From: an uncultured virus (IMG/VR IMGVR_UViG_3300036715_000434)
Lineage: Duplodnaviria; Heunggongvirae; Uroviricota; Caudoviricetes
DNA length: 64,000 nt
Virus record (IMG/VR): IMGVR_UViG_3300036715_000434
Reading direction: 5' to 3' (one strand)
The number at the start of each line of letters is the position of its first letter. The stretch's first letter is position 1. The translations under genes were made by a program, and so were the position numbers. This document shows positions 39,038 through 48,010 of this stretch, in pieces. The notes below the pieces were generated by a model. It saw nothing but the letters and a program-made list of their open reading frames with translations, made no database searches and was not told where the DNA came from.

Positions 39038-40153
39038 TCAGACTGAGCAGTGGGCGATCAAGTGCAGGAAGCTGGCGTCTTTGTTGCCCATCACCAGGAC
39101 GCGATTAAAGAAGCCCAGATGCGTGCAAACCTTGCAAGCCCGGGTGACCAGCGTCGGGTCGATGTGGAACGGCTCTGATGGGCTATCCCCAGCGTCGAAC
39201 GTGATGCTATCACTCGCTTCACCGACCGAGCTGGTCGACAGGAGCTTGATGGCCTCGGAAGTGCAGGTGATCTTGGTGGCCTTGTCGACCTCGTTGCTTA
39301 GGATGAGCAGAGCCCGGGTGAAGGCGGCGTCGAAGGCATCGGGGATTGGGTCGATCAAGTCGGACACCTTCTTTGACTTGATGTGCTTCGACATGATCGC
39401 CGGGAAGTCGAGTGGCTCAAGGTCAACCAAGGTCTTCTGGAATAGCACGGCGACCTCAGCATCCCCCTCGTCGAAGAAGTAGGCCACCAGCGCGCCAGCG
39501 TGAAGTTCGACCTCCACCTCGACTTTGGGAAAGGCCTTCGACAGAGAAACCAACTGCTCGCAGAAGAACGCCGGGAGGATCACAGGCGCATCGCCTGGCA
39601 GTTCTACCTTGCTCTTGGTTGCGTAGCGGCTGATCGTGGTGTTGTCGGTTGAGAAGAGCACAGCCTTGCCGGCTTCAGCATCGAGAGTGACGCCCATCGT
39701 CGCCGGGTGGGTCGGGTCATTGCCCACGGAGAGCAGGCAGCGTTGGATGCCGGCCAGGATGTCCTCAGTGATGTTCAGCACCGGCACCTTCTGCTTCGCT
39801 TCCGGAATGGCCAACGGGAAGTCTTTGGCCGGCAGGATGGGGATCTTGATCTTCGACCGGCCGGAGACGATCACAAGGCTTGCGTCAGCGCCAGCCTGCA
39901 ACATCACCTTCTCCGCATTGAAGCTGTTCAGGCTCTTCGATAGCGTCTCACCTGGCAAGCAGAGATCCAGGTCTAGGTCCTTGGTCGGCAGAGCGATCTG
40001 GATCGCGGCGATGTCGTTGTAGGAGGACGCGAACCCGCCGCCGAACTTGATGTGCTTTAACGCCGGAATGTAGTCCTGAGTCGCAACGGCCGGCTTTAGC
40101 AGGTTGACCAGCTTGAGCAGAGTTTCGCGGTTGATCGAGTCGGTGGAGTTCAT
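39038..40153 (-). CDS. Sliding clamp (DNA Pol III beta-like)
   Basis: 371 aa; PALKHI, DFP, GVTL......FSTD...ISR motifs; adjacent to polymerase and clamp loader. Confidence 0.78.
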   Translation of the reverse strand: MNSTDSINRETLLKLVNLLKPAVATQDYIPALKHIKFGGGFASSYNDIAAIQIALPTKDLDLDLCLPGETLSKSLNSFNAEKVMLQAGADASLVIVSGRSKIKIPILPAKDFPLAIPEAKQKVPVLNITEDILAGIQRCLLSVGNDPTHPATMGVTLDAEAGKAVLFSTDNTTISRYATKSKVELPGDAPVILPAFFCEQLVSLSKAFPKVEVEVELHAGALVAYFFDEGDAEVAVLFQKTLVDLEPLDFPAIMSKHIKSKKVSDLIDPIPDAFDAAFTRALLILSNEVDKATKITCTSEAIKLLSTSSVGEASDSITFDAGDSPSEPFHIDPTLVTRACKVCTHLGFFNRVLVMGNKDASFLHLIAHCSV

Positions 40154-40310
40154 GGTGTTTTGCTTTCAGTTGCTGGGTGAGGAGTTCGAGGGAGGTGTAG
40201 GGGCTTGGGTAGTCGAAGAAGGAGATCAGGACATCGGCCTGGCCGACCTCGACGACAGATGCTCGGTCCGCCGCTGCCGGGGCAGACCCGAGGACGGCGA
40301 AGACTTTCAC
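39948..40310 (-). CDS. Small protein with KVFAV...VLISFFDY motif (TGT/DpdA N-terminal-strand-like)
   Basis: GTGA overlap with upstream stop; motif parallels the 40307-40516 ORF; 3' part overlaps the clamp gene. Confidence 0.45.
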   Translation of the reverse strand: MKVFAVLGSAPAAADRASVVEVGQADVLISFFDYPSPYTSLELLTQQLKAKHHELHRLDQPRNSAQAGQPAKAGRCDSGLHSGVKAHQVRRRVRVLLQRHRRDPDRSADQGPRPGSLLAR

Positions 40311-40516
40311 CGCTTCTTGGCGTTGAGGGTCGGGGCGCGCTTGGGGACCTTGCGGCCAGCCAGCGGAGACTTCGGCTTCAGGATGTTGTGGTGCTTGTCG
40401 GTGTAGTCTAGGAACGACACCAAGAGCTTTGGGTGGCCGGCCTCAAGCAGGCCGCAGGAGTAGCCATTGGCCCCGTGGAGGTCGGTGGCCGATTGAACAA
40501 GGTAGATCGTGGTCAC
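40307..40516 (-). CDS. Small protein with TIYLV...LLVSFLDY motif (TGT/DpdA N-terminal-strand-like)
   Basis: GTG 40516 overlaps the dpdA-like stop (GTGA); GAGGAG RBS. Confidence 0.55.
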   Translation of the reverse strand: MTTIYLVQSATDLHGANGYSCGLLEAGHPKLLVSFLDYTDKHHNILKPKSPLAGRKVPKRAPTLNAKKR

Positions 40517-41337
40517 AGCAGGGCTCCTCGACGAAGGGTGTTCTTCTCGAACGGGCGGGTAGCCTTCGCCTCGCTCACCATCTTGAAGAACATGACATTG
40601 CAGGTGGCTCGGTGGTAGTAGCTCTCCGTGACCTCCTCGTAGGTCTTGCCGCAGAAGGTCAGCCAACGCAGCAGGATCGCTCTCATTGCGCCCGACATCG
40701 AGTTGGAGTGCTTACCCCCTGCGCTCTGCTTCGGGTTGCGGTCTGAGACCGATATGGTCGACGGCACCTCGTCGAACACGAACTCACCGTTGCGCATGGC
40801 TGGTAGGTAGACCGATCCACTCGCGGTGATCTTGATCCACGTGGTCGAGTCGATGCTATACCACGGGTAGCGGAAGATGAGCGGCACGGCGGTCATCCCG
40901 AAGCCGTGGGTCTTCACGACGGGCAGGCCGGCGTCATCAGTGATGCGGGCGAACACTCGATCAAGCCAGGTGCGCCGTGGGCCCCCAGGGATGCCCACGA
41001 GGCCACCAATGCCGATGTAGTCGCAGCCATAGTCCAGCATGCGTTCGAGGAAGCGTGGCTCCTCGCCGTAGTGGTAGACGGGCAGGGGGTCGAGCCCCTC
41101 ATTGCGCATGTAGAGGAAATTCACCCAGGACTGCTCGGCGGCCTCGTTGCGTTCACGCGGGGTGGCCGATCGCCCAGGCGCGCCGGGGATCACATCGAGG
41201 CTGGCGTAGACCTCGATCAATTCGATGTTGGCTCGGATGAACTCGCAATACTCGTCGAGGTCAATGACGGTGCCTCTTGACCACGCCGAGTAAGCCCCGG
41301 AGTCAAGAAAGAAGCGGAACTTATCAGGGGTGATCAT
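40513..41337 (-). CDS. DpdA/TGT-like 7-deazaguanine DNA transglycosylase
   Basis: FLDSGAYSA, LDVI, PVYH.GE, YIGIGG, HGFG, PWYSIDSTTW; adjacent to folE and queC; start refined to ATG 41337. Confidence 0.82.
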   Translation of the reverse strand: MITPDKFRFFLDSGAYSAWSRGTVIDLDEYCEFIRANIELIEVYASLDVIPGAPGRSATPRERNEAAEQSWVNFLYMRNEGLDPLPVYHYGEEPRFLERMLDYGCDYIGIGGLVGIPGGPRRTWLDRVFARITDDAGLPVVKTHGFGMTAVPLIFRYPWYSIDSTTWIKITASGSVYLPAMRNGEFVFDEVPSTISVSDRNPKQSAGGKHSNSMSGAMRAILLRWLTFCGKTYEEVTESYYHRATCNVMFFKMVSEAKATRPFEKNTLRRGALL

Positions 41338-41456
41338 GAGTTGTAGTCGTGAGGTTTCAACGAAGCTGCCTAAGTGGATGGGGAAGCCACATTCACTCAA
41401 GCACCGGCGTCGCCAGGGGTGAAGCGCGGTGCAGAGCCAGGTCAGCATAAGTGGGT

Positions 41457-41535
41457 GGGGCCACCGGGCTGCGATGCCCGGCTATTGGCTTGAGAGGAGA
41501 CTGTCTGGCCTCATTGGCGCAACACCAATGGCCCC
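41457..41535 (-). ncRNA. tRNA-like cloverleaf element (non-canonical) between folE and the dpdA-like gene
   Basis: GGGGCCA/TGGCCCC 7-bp closing stem followed by ACC; TTGG/CCAA, GAGG/CCTC and CCGGGC/GCCCGG arms. Confidence 0.35.
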
Positions 41536-41542
41536 GGTGAGA

Positions 41543-42112
41543 TTATCGGCCCAACGCAATCAGGTTCAAGAACTCGGCGCGAGTCTCGGGCTTCGCCTTG
41601 AATACCCCCCGCAGCGCGGAAGTGGTCGTGTCTACATTGGGCATCTTGACGCCGCGCGTGGCCATGCAGAAGTGCTTTGCCGTGATGACCACGCCGACCC
41701 CAACAGGGTCCAGGACATCATTGATGGCGTCCGCGATCTGGTTGGTAAGCCGCTCCTGGACCTGCAAACGACGCGAATAGGCATCGACCACCCGTGCCAG
41801 CTTGCTGATCCCCACGATGCGCCCGTTAGGGATGTAGGCGACATGCGCCAGGCCGATGATGGGAGTGATGTGGTGCTCACAGTGAGACTGAACGGGGATG
41901 TTGGTCAGGAGGACCATCTCGTCGGCCTTCTCGGCGCCGTCAGAGAAGTCCTTGCGGAGAAGTTCCAGCGGGTCGATGGCGTAGCCAGCGAACCACTCTC
42001 CCCAGGCGCGCACGACCCGGTCAGGGGTGTCGAGGAGGCCTTCGCGTTGGGGATCGTCACCGATGTGGGCCATCATGCCTTTGATTGCATCTCGTGCATT
42101 GAAGAGGGTCAC
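41543..42112 (-). CDS. folE: GTP cyclohydrolase I
   Basis: [38 protein letters not shown]; start GTG 42112. Confidence 0.95.
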   Translation of the reverse strand: MTLFNARDAIKGMMAHIGDDPQREGLLDTPDRVVRAWGEWFAGYAIDPLELLRKDFSDGAEKADEMVLLTNIPVQSHCEHHITPIIGLAHVAYIPNGRIVGISKLARVVDAYSRRLQVQERLTNQIADAINDVLDPVGVGVVITAKHFCMATRGVKMPNVDTTTSALRGVFKAKPETRAEFLNLIALGR

Positions 42113-42957
42113 GCCGAAGCTCCCAGGTTGTAGTTCATCTTGGCGCGGAGGATGTCGTCGGAGAGCAGCAGGCACGATTCCTTGTTGCTGTAGTTCTCCG
42201 TGCGGGGCACCTCCATGAAGCCTTCACGGCAGGCCCTGATCACCAAAGGATCCGGAACGCCAGCCATCTCGAACCCGTGAGCCCGCAGCACGGAAGCGTG
42301 ATCCTTGCCCACCGGTGGATAGGCGCCGTCGTAGGCCGTGTGCGAGAAGGCCAGGGCCACGTAGGCGCCTTCCATCTCCATCGCCAGGTGAATCGAGTCC
42401 CTCTTGCTGAGGTTCATCAGTGGGGCGTAGATGCAGAACTCGCCGGTGCCTAGAGCTTCGTTGATCGTTGCTTCCTGAGTAGCGATAAAACTCTCACGGC
42501 AGTCTGGGTAGTTGGCGTTGTCGGCCTCGCACACGCCGGTGACAAGCGCGTTAATGCCCAGGCAGACGGCTCGGTTGGCGGCCAGGGTCAGGAACAGCGC
42601 GTTGCGCATCGGAACAAACGTCTTCTCGACCCGATCACCGATGATCGCCGCCATCGAGTCGTGGTCATCGTAGAGCTCAAGCACCTCGAACGCATTGGTC
42701 AGTGGGCTAGCGCCCTTCAGGATGGGGCCCAGCTCGACGATCTCATGGCTGGCCACGCCAGCGAGCTTTGCGACATCGCGTGCGGCCTGGATCTCGCGGC
42801 GATGACGCTGGTTGTAGTCGAACGTGACCGCGTGCACTTCGGCGAAGTACTTCTTCGCCCAGAATAGGCAGGTGGTTGAATCTTGGCCGCCTGACAGAAC
42901 CACGAGGGCCTTATGTCGAGGGTGGCTGTTGACGGATCCGGGTTGAGTGTTGGGCAC
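42109..42957 (-). CDS. queC: 7-cyano-7-deazaguanine synthase
   Basis: [39 protein letters not shown] before GTG 42957. Confidence 0.92.
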   Translation of the reverse strand: MPNTQPGSVNSHPRHKALVVLSGGQDSTTCLFWAKKYFAEVHAVTFDYNQRHRREIQAARDVAKLAGVASHEIVELGPILKGASPLTNAFEVLELYDDHDSMAAIIGDRVEKTFVPMRNALFLTLAANRAVCLGINALVTGVCEADNANYPDCRESFIATQEATINEALGTGEFCIYAPLMNLSKRDSIHLAMEMEGAYVALAFSHTAYDGAYPPVGKDHASVLRAHGFEMAGVPDPLVIRACREGFMEVPRTENYSNKESCLLLSDDILRAKMNYNLGASA

Positions 42958-42990
42958 AATGGCTCCTGAGGTTAGGGGAAAGGTGGGGGC

Positions 42991-43027
42991 AAGAAAAAGG
43001 CCCCGCATGGATATATACGGGGCCTTT
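42991..43027 (-). terminator. Intrinsic terminator after the 43052-44044 gene
   Basis: Minus strand AAAGGCCCCG-loop-CGGGGCCTTTTTCTT. Confidence 0.7.
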
Positions 43028-43051
43028 GGGGCAAGCCAGCCGGCCTGCGCT

Positions 43052-44044
43052 TTACTTCATCATCTTGCGTTCGCGCAGCAGCTTGAACATCTTGTGGCAG
43101 TCGGCGTGGATCATGCCGACTGTGGTTTCCTTGAACTCAAGGGCTTCCTTCTTCATCATCTTGACGATGTCATCCTTGGAAGCGTCGGGATTGTCGCAGA
43201 TCAGTTCACGAGCGCGCAGAGTGACCGAGACTCCGCCGTTGTCTTCTTTGGTGGTGCGCTTCTCTTTCGAGTCGTCATCGCCGTCCGAAGCCTTGCCACG
43301 GCTCTTGGTCTTGGGCTCGTCGTCGGCCTTCTTACCCTTGCCCTTGCCGGCGTTCTTCACCTTGACCACGATCGACTCGATGCGGTCCTTGTCGAACTCT
43401 TCCTCGTCGCCGGCTGCGGTCTTGATCACCACGACCTTGTCGTCGATCTCGATCACGTTGCCCATCATGACCTTGCCACGCTTGGTCTTGATCTCGACGG
43501 TGTCGCTGACCTCGGGATCGGCCGGGCCTTCGTCGTCTTCCGCCTCGGCGGCCTTGCGGCGGCTCTTGGACTCGTCAGCCGGCATGGGCACGATCGTGTC
43601 GATGCGTTCGAGGTCCAGGCCCAGCTCTTCGCCGTCGACTTCCAGCACCAGCTCGCCCTTGTCATCGGGGTCGATGATCTTGCCCACGTATTCCTTGCCG
43701 CGCTTGGTGACCACGGTGACCTTGTCGCCCTTGGTCGGCTCGTACTTGGCGGCCTTGGCCGGCTTTTCTTCCTCTTCCACCTCGGCGGCCTTGCGACGGC
43801 TGCGCGGCTTCACTTCTTCCTCCTCGGCGTCGGGGTAGATCGGCGGGGCCTTGTTGGCGTTGACCTTGTCGGCCGCTTCGTTGAACCAATCTTGCGCCGG
43901 CTCGGACAGCTGGCCCCAGGCCTTGTCGGACAATCGGCCCACGCCGACGATCAGCCGCTTGATGTAGGCCTCGTCGGTGATCTTCTCGCCGCGCTTGGGT
44001 TCGACTTCCGAGGCCTTGGCCAGTTCTGCTTGGATCTTGCTCAT
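43052..44044 (-). CDS. Highly charged protein with two tandem Sm/SH3-like beta-barrel repeats
   Basis: [18 protein letters not shown]...LERIDTI and [18 protein letters not shown]...KDRIESI; AGGAG RBS before ATG 44044. Confidence 0.7.
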   Translation of the reverse strand: MSKIQAELAKASEVEPKRGEKITDEAYIKRLIVGVGRLSDKAWGQLSEPAQDWFNEAADKVNANKAPPIYPDAEEEEVKPRSRRKAAEVEEEEKPAKAAKYEPTKGDKVTVVTKRGKEYVGKIIDPDDKGELVLEVDGEELGLDLERIDTIVPMPADESKSRRKAAEAEDDEGPADPEVSDTVEIKTKRGKVMMGNVIEIDDKVVVIKTAAGDEEEFDKDRIESIVVKVKNAGKGKGKKADDEPKTKSRGKASDGDDDSKEKRTTKEDNGGVSVTLRARELICDNPDASKDDIVKMMKKEALEFKETTVGMIHADCHKMFKLLRERKMMK

Positions 44045-44123
44045 TTGGAAAAATCTCCTAGGAGGTTTGGGGTTTGTGCACACCGGGCGTCCCGGCTAGT
44101 TGAATTATACAGAGGCGTGTTGG

Positions 44124-44666
44124 CTAGTTTGTGAAGTAGTCGTTTACCTTTCCCAGCGTGTCAGCTTCATCCGGAAGGCCCAGCATCTTGTTGATGATCA
44201 AGTTGCCGTTCGCGTTGCGTCGACCTTTCTTCGTCCAGGCCTTCGTCGCCAGGTCGAGCAGTTCTTGTGGGGCATTCAAGAACAGGTTCAGTACCATCAA
44301 GACTTCACGCGGGGCCTGCTGAACCATCAGCGTCAAGGCGCCAGCGTTGTCAGTCTCACCAATGGCCTCCCGATTCCATTCCGAGCCGTCTTCGGGATCC
44401 AAATGGGTTTCAGAGACCATCACACGCGCCTTGGTCGCCTTCACAGACAGGTCATTCAGGTGGTGAGCCCACGCGGTCTTAAACAGGGCCATGAAGTGCT
44501 GCGGCGTGTCGATGATCGAATACTTAGCAGCGCATCGCAGAAAGACAAGGACCCCCTCTTGCATCAAGTCTTGTCGATCATGGGTGTTGGCCACCCGCCA
44601 CAAGTCTTTGGTGATCTGGTTCATCAAGTAGCCTTCAATGGGGCCGTGGAACTCAGGCGTGTACAT
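44124..44666 (-). CDS. Sigma-factor-like protein (sigma70 region-2-like)
   Basis: D.QDLMQEG.L.FL....KY......F...FKTA.....D pattern. Confidence 0.6.
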   Translation of the reverse strand: MYTPEFHGPIEGYLMNQITKDLWRVANTHDRQDLMQEGVLVFLRCAAKYSIIDTPQHFMALFKTAWAHHLNDLSVKATKARVMVSETHLDPEDGSEWNREAIGETDNAGALTLMVQQAPREVLMVLNLFLNAPQELLDLATKAWTKKGRRNANGNLIINKMLGLPDEADTLGKVNDYFTN

Positions 44667-45039
44667 TCACTCTCCTCCGGGGTTTCGCCTCTTTGGCGGT
44701 GGTCACTATGGGTTCAATAAATTCAACGCACCTACGGGCCTTTCCTTGGGCCGGAGGGGCATCCTCGGCCACGCCGACCAACACCCGCGTTCGCTGGCGC
44801 TGCTGAGCTGGCATCTTGCCACTGCGAATGTCTTCCAGAATGCGCTTCACGCTCACGCTGAACGGGTCACCTGAGACCGGGGCGATCCACGCGTCGGTGC
44901 CATCGCTCACCCCGACGATCTCGAACTCGCCAGGCAGCATGCGAAGCTCGACCTGTCGGTTGCGGTGAGGGTCGAACGCGTTGGCCAGCAGAAGGCAGCC
45001 AGCGAAATGACTCTGGAAATAGTGGTTGTACTTGCTCAT
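44653..45039 (-). CDS. Hypothetical protein
   Basis: ATGA coupling to primase; CAGGA RBS-like site. Confidence 0.6.
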   Translation of the reverse strand: MSKYNHYFQSHFAGCLLLANAFDPHRNRQVELRMLPGEFEIVGVSDGTDAWIAPVSGDPFSVSVKRILEDIRSGKMPAQQRQRTRVLVGVAEDAPPAQGKARRCVEFIEPIVTTAKEAKPRRRVNVHA

Positions 45040-46064
45040 GGGGGATCCTGCGGGTTGTCAGCGATGGCATCAGTCCATCGGATTGCTTGCTTGGGGCTCA
45101 TCTCGCCTGCATCTTTGAGGCCATAGGGCACTCGGGTGATCCTCAGATCACGAATGAATGCCAGCTCTTGACGCATCCTCATGCTATCAACAAGCCCTAG
45201 GCCAGAAGCCATGTCCATCATGACGAACTTGTAGTCGAACTGGTCCTCTGCCTCCTCTAGCATGTAGGCTTGCTCATCGCTGACCGAGTTGGTCGACAGG
45301 GCTACGGCGCGCACGCCTACCTCGGCCCCGTAGTGGTCTATCTTGAGTGCATCTAGTGGGCCCTCGACGATGATCAAGACCCGCCCGCCGAGGGCGATGC
45401 AGTCGTAGTTGAACAGGGTCTCTTTGGGAGGCACTAGGCACTCATCACGTGAAAGATCGCGGTAGCGGATCGTCGACCGGGCGATGGCCCGACCAGTCCA
45501 GGCCACGAGGTCTCGGTCTATCTCGTAGGGCAGAATCACACGATCACGCCAATCACCGGTAGAAGCGAAGCGGAGTCCGTGGGTTTCGGCAAGGTCTTCA
45601 GGGAAGGCAAAGCCCCGCCCATCCAGGTAGTCGAGGTGGCGCCTCGCTCGACGGCCCAGGAGGGGCTCAAATTCGCGCGGAAAGGCCAGGAAACGGCTGA
45701 CCTGATGGGTTTGCCCCTCTTCGGTCTTTTGACGGCCCAGAACGCGAGCAGCCAGGGCCGTGAAGCCGTCAGGGTCGACGAAGTCTTCACCCAGGCCGGC
45801 TATCTCTCGCGCCTTCCAATAGGGCACGTGAAGCAAGGCCATGAGCAGACGCAGAGGGCTCTTGCCCGAGTGGGCACGGCGGTTGCGCCAGCAGGAATAC
45901 CAGCCGGTGTCGAGGTTCAGGCCCATGTGTTGTGAAGGGTCGGCCGATCCGCAGAACGGGCAGCGGATGTTGACCTCCCCTCGCTTGACATTGGCCCCTC
46001 GCTCAATGAAGGGGATGCGGTGCTCGTCTAGCAAGCCCCGCCAGTCAAGGGGCCGCATGATCAA
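45036..46064 (-). CDS. DNA primase (Zn finger + TOPRIM)
   Basis: CPFC....S.H, CW, RVILP, W.GR, LFNYD, IVEGPLDA, KDAGE. Confidence 0.85.
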   Translation of the reverse strand: MIMRPLDWRGLLDEHRIPFIERGANVKRGEVNIRCPFCGSADPSQHMGLNLDTGWYSCWRNRRAHSGKSPLRLLMALLHVPYWKAREIAGLGEDFVDPDGFTALAARVLGRQKTEEGQTHQVSRFLAFPREFEPLLGRRARRHLDYLDGRGFAFPEDLAETHGLRFASTGDWRDRVILPYEIDRDLVAWTGRAIARSTIRYRDLSRDECLVPPKETLFNYDCIALGGRVLIIVEGPLDALKIDHYGAEVGVRAVALSTNSVSDEQAYMLEEAEDQFDYKFVMMDMASGLGLVDSMRMRQELAFIRDLRITRVPYGLKDAGEMSPKQAIRWTDAIADNPQDPP

Positions 46065-46375
46065 CGCATCCTTGGGGCGCGCTTTGCGGGGGCTCGACGG
46101 CCCTTCTCCGTTCGGGTCAGCCCGTTGGGACTCTTTTTCCTGATGATCTTGCGATCATCCGAAGCCGGCGTGGCCCAGAACCACAGCTCGTTGCCGTTGA
46201 CGATCATGCAGTCAATGCAGCTGTGGTTCTTCAGGTGGGCCAGGGCAGGCCGGATGCGGTTCATTGGGATGGCCGTTGCCGCGTGAATCATCATGCGGTT
46301 TGCAAAGTCATCCAACGCAGTTAGGTAGGCCAGCACCACCGATACATCAGTGGGCCGTGTGGTTTCGTAGGGCAT
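46061..46375 (-). CDS. Small wHTH-like hypothetical protein
   Basis: Own TATAAT site upstream; I.AAT.IP....PAL.HL pattern. Confidence 0.5.
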   Translation of the reverse strand: MPYETTRPTDVSVVLAYLTALDDFANRMMIHAATAIPMNRIRPALAHLKNHSCIDCMIVNGNELWFWATPASDDRKIIRKKSPNGLTRTEKGRRAPAKRAPRMR

Positions 46376-46444
46376 CTTGATCTCTTTCTAGGGTTTCGAG
46401 GCCCATTATACAAGGCCTCTGGCTAGATTGTATACTAATTACAC

Positions 46445-48010
46445 TCAGCTACCCAAAAACCAATTTTTGCGGTCCTTTGAGCTGGCCCCAACCACCGATG
46501 AGTAGAGGTCCTTACCTTCCGCCAATAGGGTGAGGATGCCGCCGTCAACCGACCTTTTCAAAGCCAGGTCGTATATAAAGACCCGGTTGGTTTGGCCAGG
46601 GCGGTGGATGCGCTTCTCTGTCTGCTTCCTGGTGATAACCGGGGTGGGACTCTCGTAGAAGACCATGTAGCGGGCCACCTTCTGCAAGCCGTCGTTGCCG
46701 GTGCCGCCAGCCTCGGAGTTCATGACGAAGACCCGGCAGCCTGGGTCAGACATGAAGCGAAGGCGCGAGGCCGGCTTGTCCTTGGTGCCGCCGTAAAACC
46801 ACTCGTGATCAATCTTCAGATGGGTCAACCGGTCGCAGATCAGCCGGCCCGTATCGGTGTAGTCATAGCACACCACGATCTTGGAGTCACCCATCTCGTC
46901 GATGAGCCGCTCCAGGGCGTCGAGCTTGGGGTTCTGTTTGAACATCAGCGAGTGATCCCCGTAGTCATCCTTCCACTTGAGGTAGCCGGAGGTGATCTGC
47001 CGCATGCGAAGCCATGGAGCTTCCAGGGCCCTAGAGTCGCCGCCTGAGTTGATCACTCCTTCCACCGCCCGCAGGTAGTGCTCCTTCTGCTCGGCGCCCA
47101 TGTCGAGGTTGATGCGGCGGTAGACGCGGGCTGGCAGGTCGTTGACCTCGCTCTCGTCGTATCGCAGCGACCGGTTCTGAAGCATCTTGTTGAGCAGGCG
47201 AGTCATGCGGACGTTGTACGAGTAGACCTGGCCCTTCCATGGGCTCATCTTGGCGGTGAAGAACGTGCGCCGGAACAGACCCAGGTTCTCGCCGAACGTC
47301 TCGCCCTGATCGACTAGGTAGAACTGAGCCCAGATGTCTTCGACATCTCTACCAAACAGGGTTCCCGTGGCGGCGTAGACACGATCGGCGCTCTTGGTCA
47401 GCTGGTGCACGATCCCGAACCACAGGTTCTGGTGGTTCTTCAGCTTGTGGCTCTCGTCGATGGCAACGAAGTTGTAGAGCTTCTGCGCCATCTTCACCAG
47501 CTTGTCATTGCGAACCATGCTGACGCCCTTCTTGCCTTTCTTCTTGTCGCAGAGGGCCCAGTGGAGACCTTGGTAGTCTATCAACGAGACATCGCCACGA
47601 GGTGATAGCAGGGCCTCGCGCTTGGCTTCTATGTCTGACATCGAGATGGCCCATGGTTCAAGGTCTGAGTGCCTGTCCATGTCTTCGGTCCACGAGTCGA
47701 TGTTGATCAGCCTAGGAACGGTCACGAGGGCCCTACGCAGGGTCTTCTCACGCTGGGTTTGGGTGATGAGGTCAAGCAGGATCTTCGACTTGCCTAGCCC
47801 CATGTCTAGCATGAACAAGAAGCGCGGTTCACAGAGCCCGATGTACGTGCACACCAACTGATGCAACCATGGCTCAGTCTTGAACTTCGGCGGCACCTTG
47901 AACGACTTCAACTCTTCGATCAGGGTGGCGCGTGACAGCTCCTTCATCCATAGATAAGAGTTGAATTCACGATCGGCGTAATCCGCCAGGGCTTTTCTAC
48001 TCAGCAGCAT
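46445..48010 (-). CDS. SNF2-family (SF2) helicase
   Basis: DMGLGKS, IDESH.LKN, TGT, Q...RIHRPGQ. Confidence 0.9.
   Translation of the reverse strand: MLLSRKALADYADREFNSYLWMKELSRATLIEELKSFKVPPKFKTEPWLHQLVCTYIGLCEPRFLFMLDMGLGKSKILLDLITQTQREKTLRRALVTVPRLINIDSWTEDMDRHSDLEPWAISMSDIEAKREALLSPRGDVSLIDYQGLHWALCDKKKGKKGVSMVRNDKLVKMAQKLYNFVAIDESHKLKNHQNLWFGIVHQLTKSADRVYAATGTLFGRDVEDIWAQFYLVDQGETFGENLGLFRRTFFTAKMSPWKGQVYSYNVRMTRLLNKMLQNRSLRYDESEVNDLPARVYRRINLDMGAEQKEHYLRAVEGVINSGGDSRALEAPWLRMRQITSGYLKWKDDYGDHSLMFKQNPKLDALERLIDEMGDSKIVVCYDYTDTGRLICDRLTHLKIDHEWFYGGTKDKPASRLRFMSDPGCRVFVMNSEAGGTGNDGLQKVARYMVFYESPTPVITRKQTEKRIHRPGQTNRVFIYDLALKRSVDGGILTLLAEGKDLYSSVVGASSKDRKNWFLGS

Noticed and set aside
41457..41535. 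Canonical tRNA gene or preQ1 riboswitch
   Set aside because: No TTCGA T-loop, no standard D-loop or 7-nt anticodon loop, no CCA, and no preQ1-I A-rich tail; kept only as a tRNA-like element.
42947..44134. Long antisense ORFs (for example 42947-44134 +, 10330-11403 -, 3826-4788 -, 53707-54585 -)
   Set aside because: Shadow frames of high-GC3 genes on the opposite strand, with no RBS or motifs.
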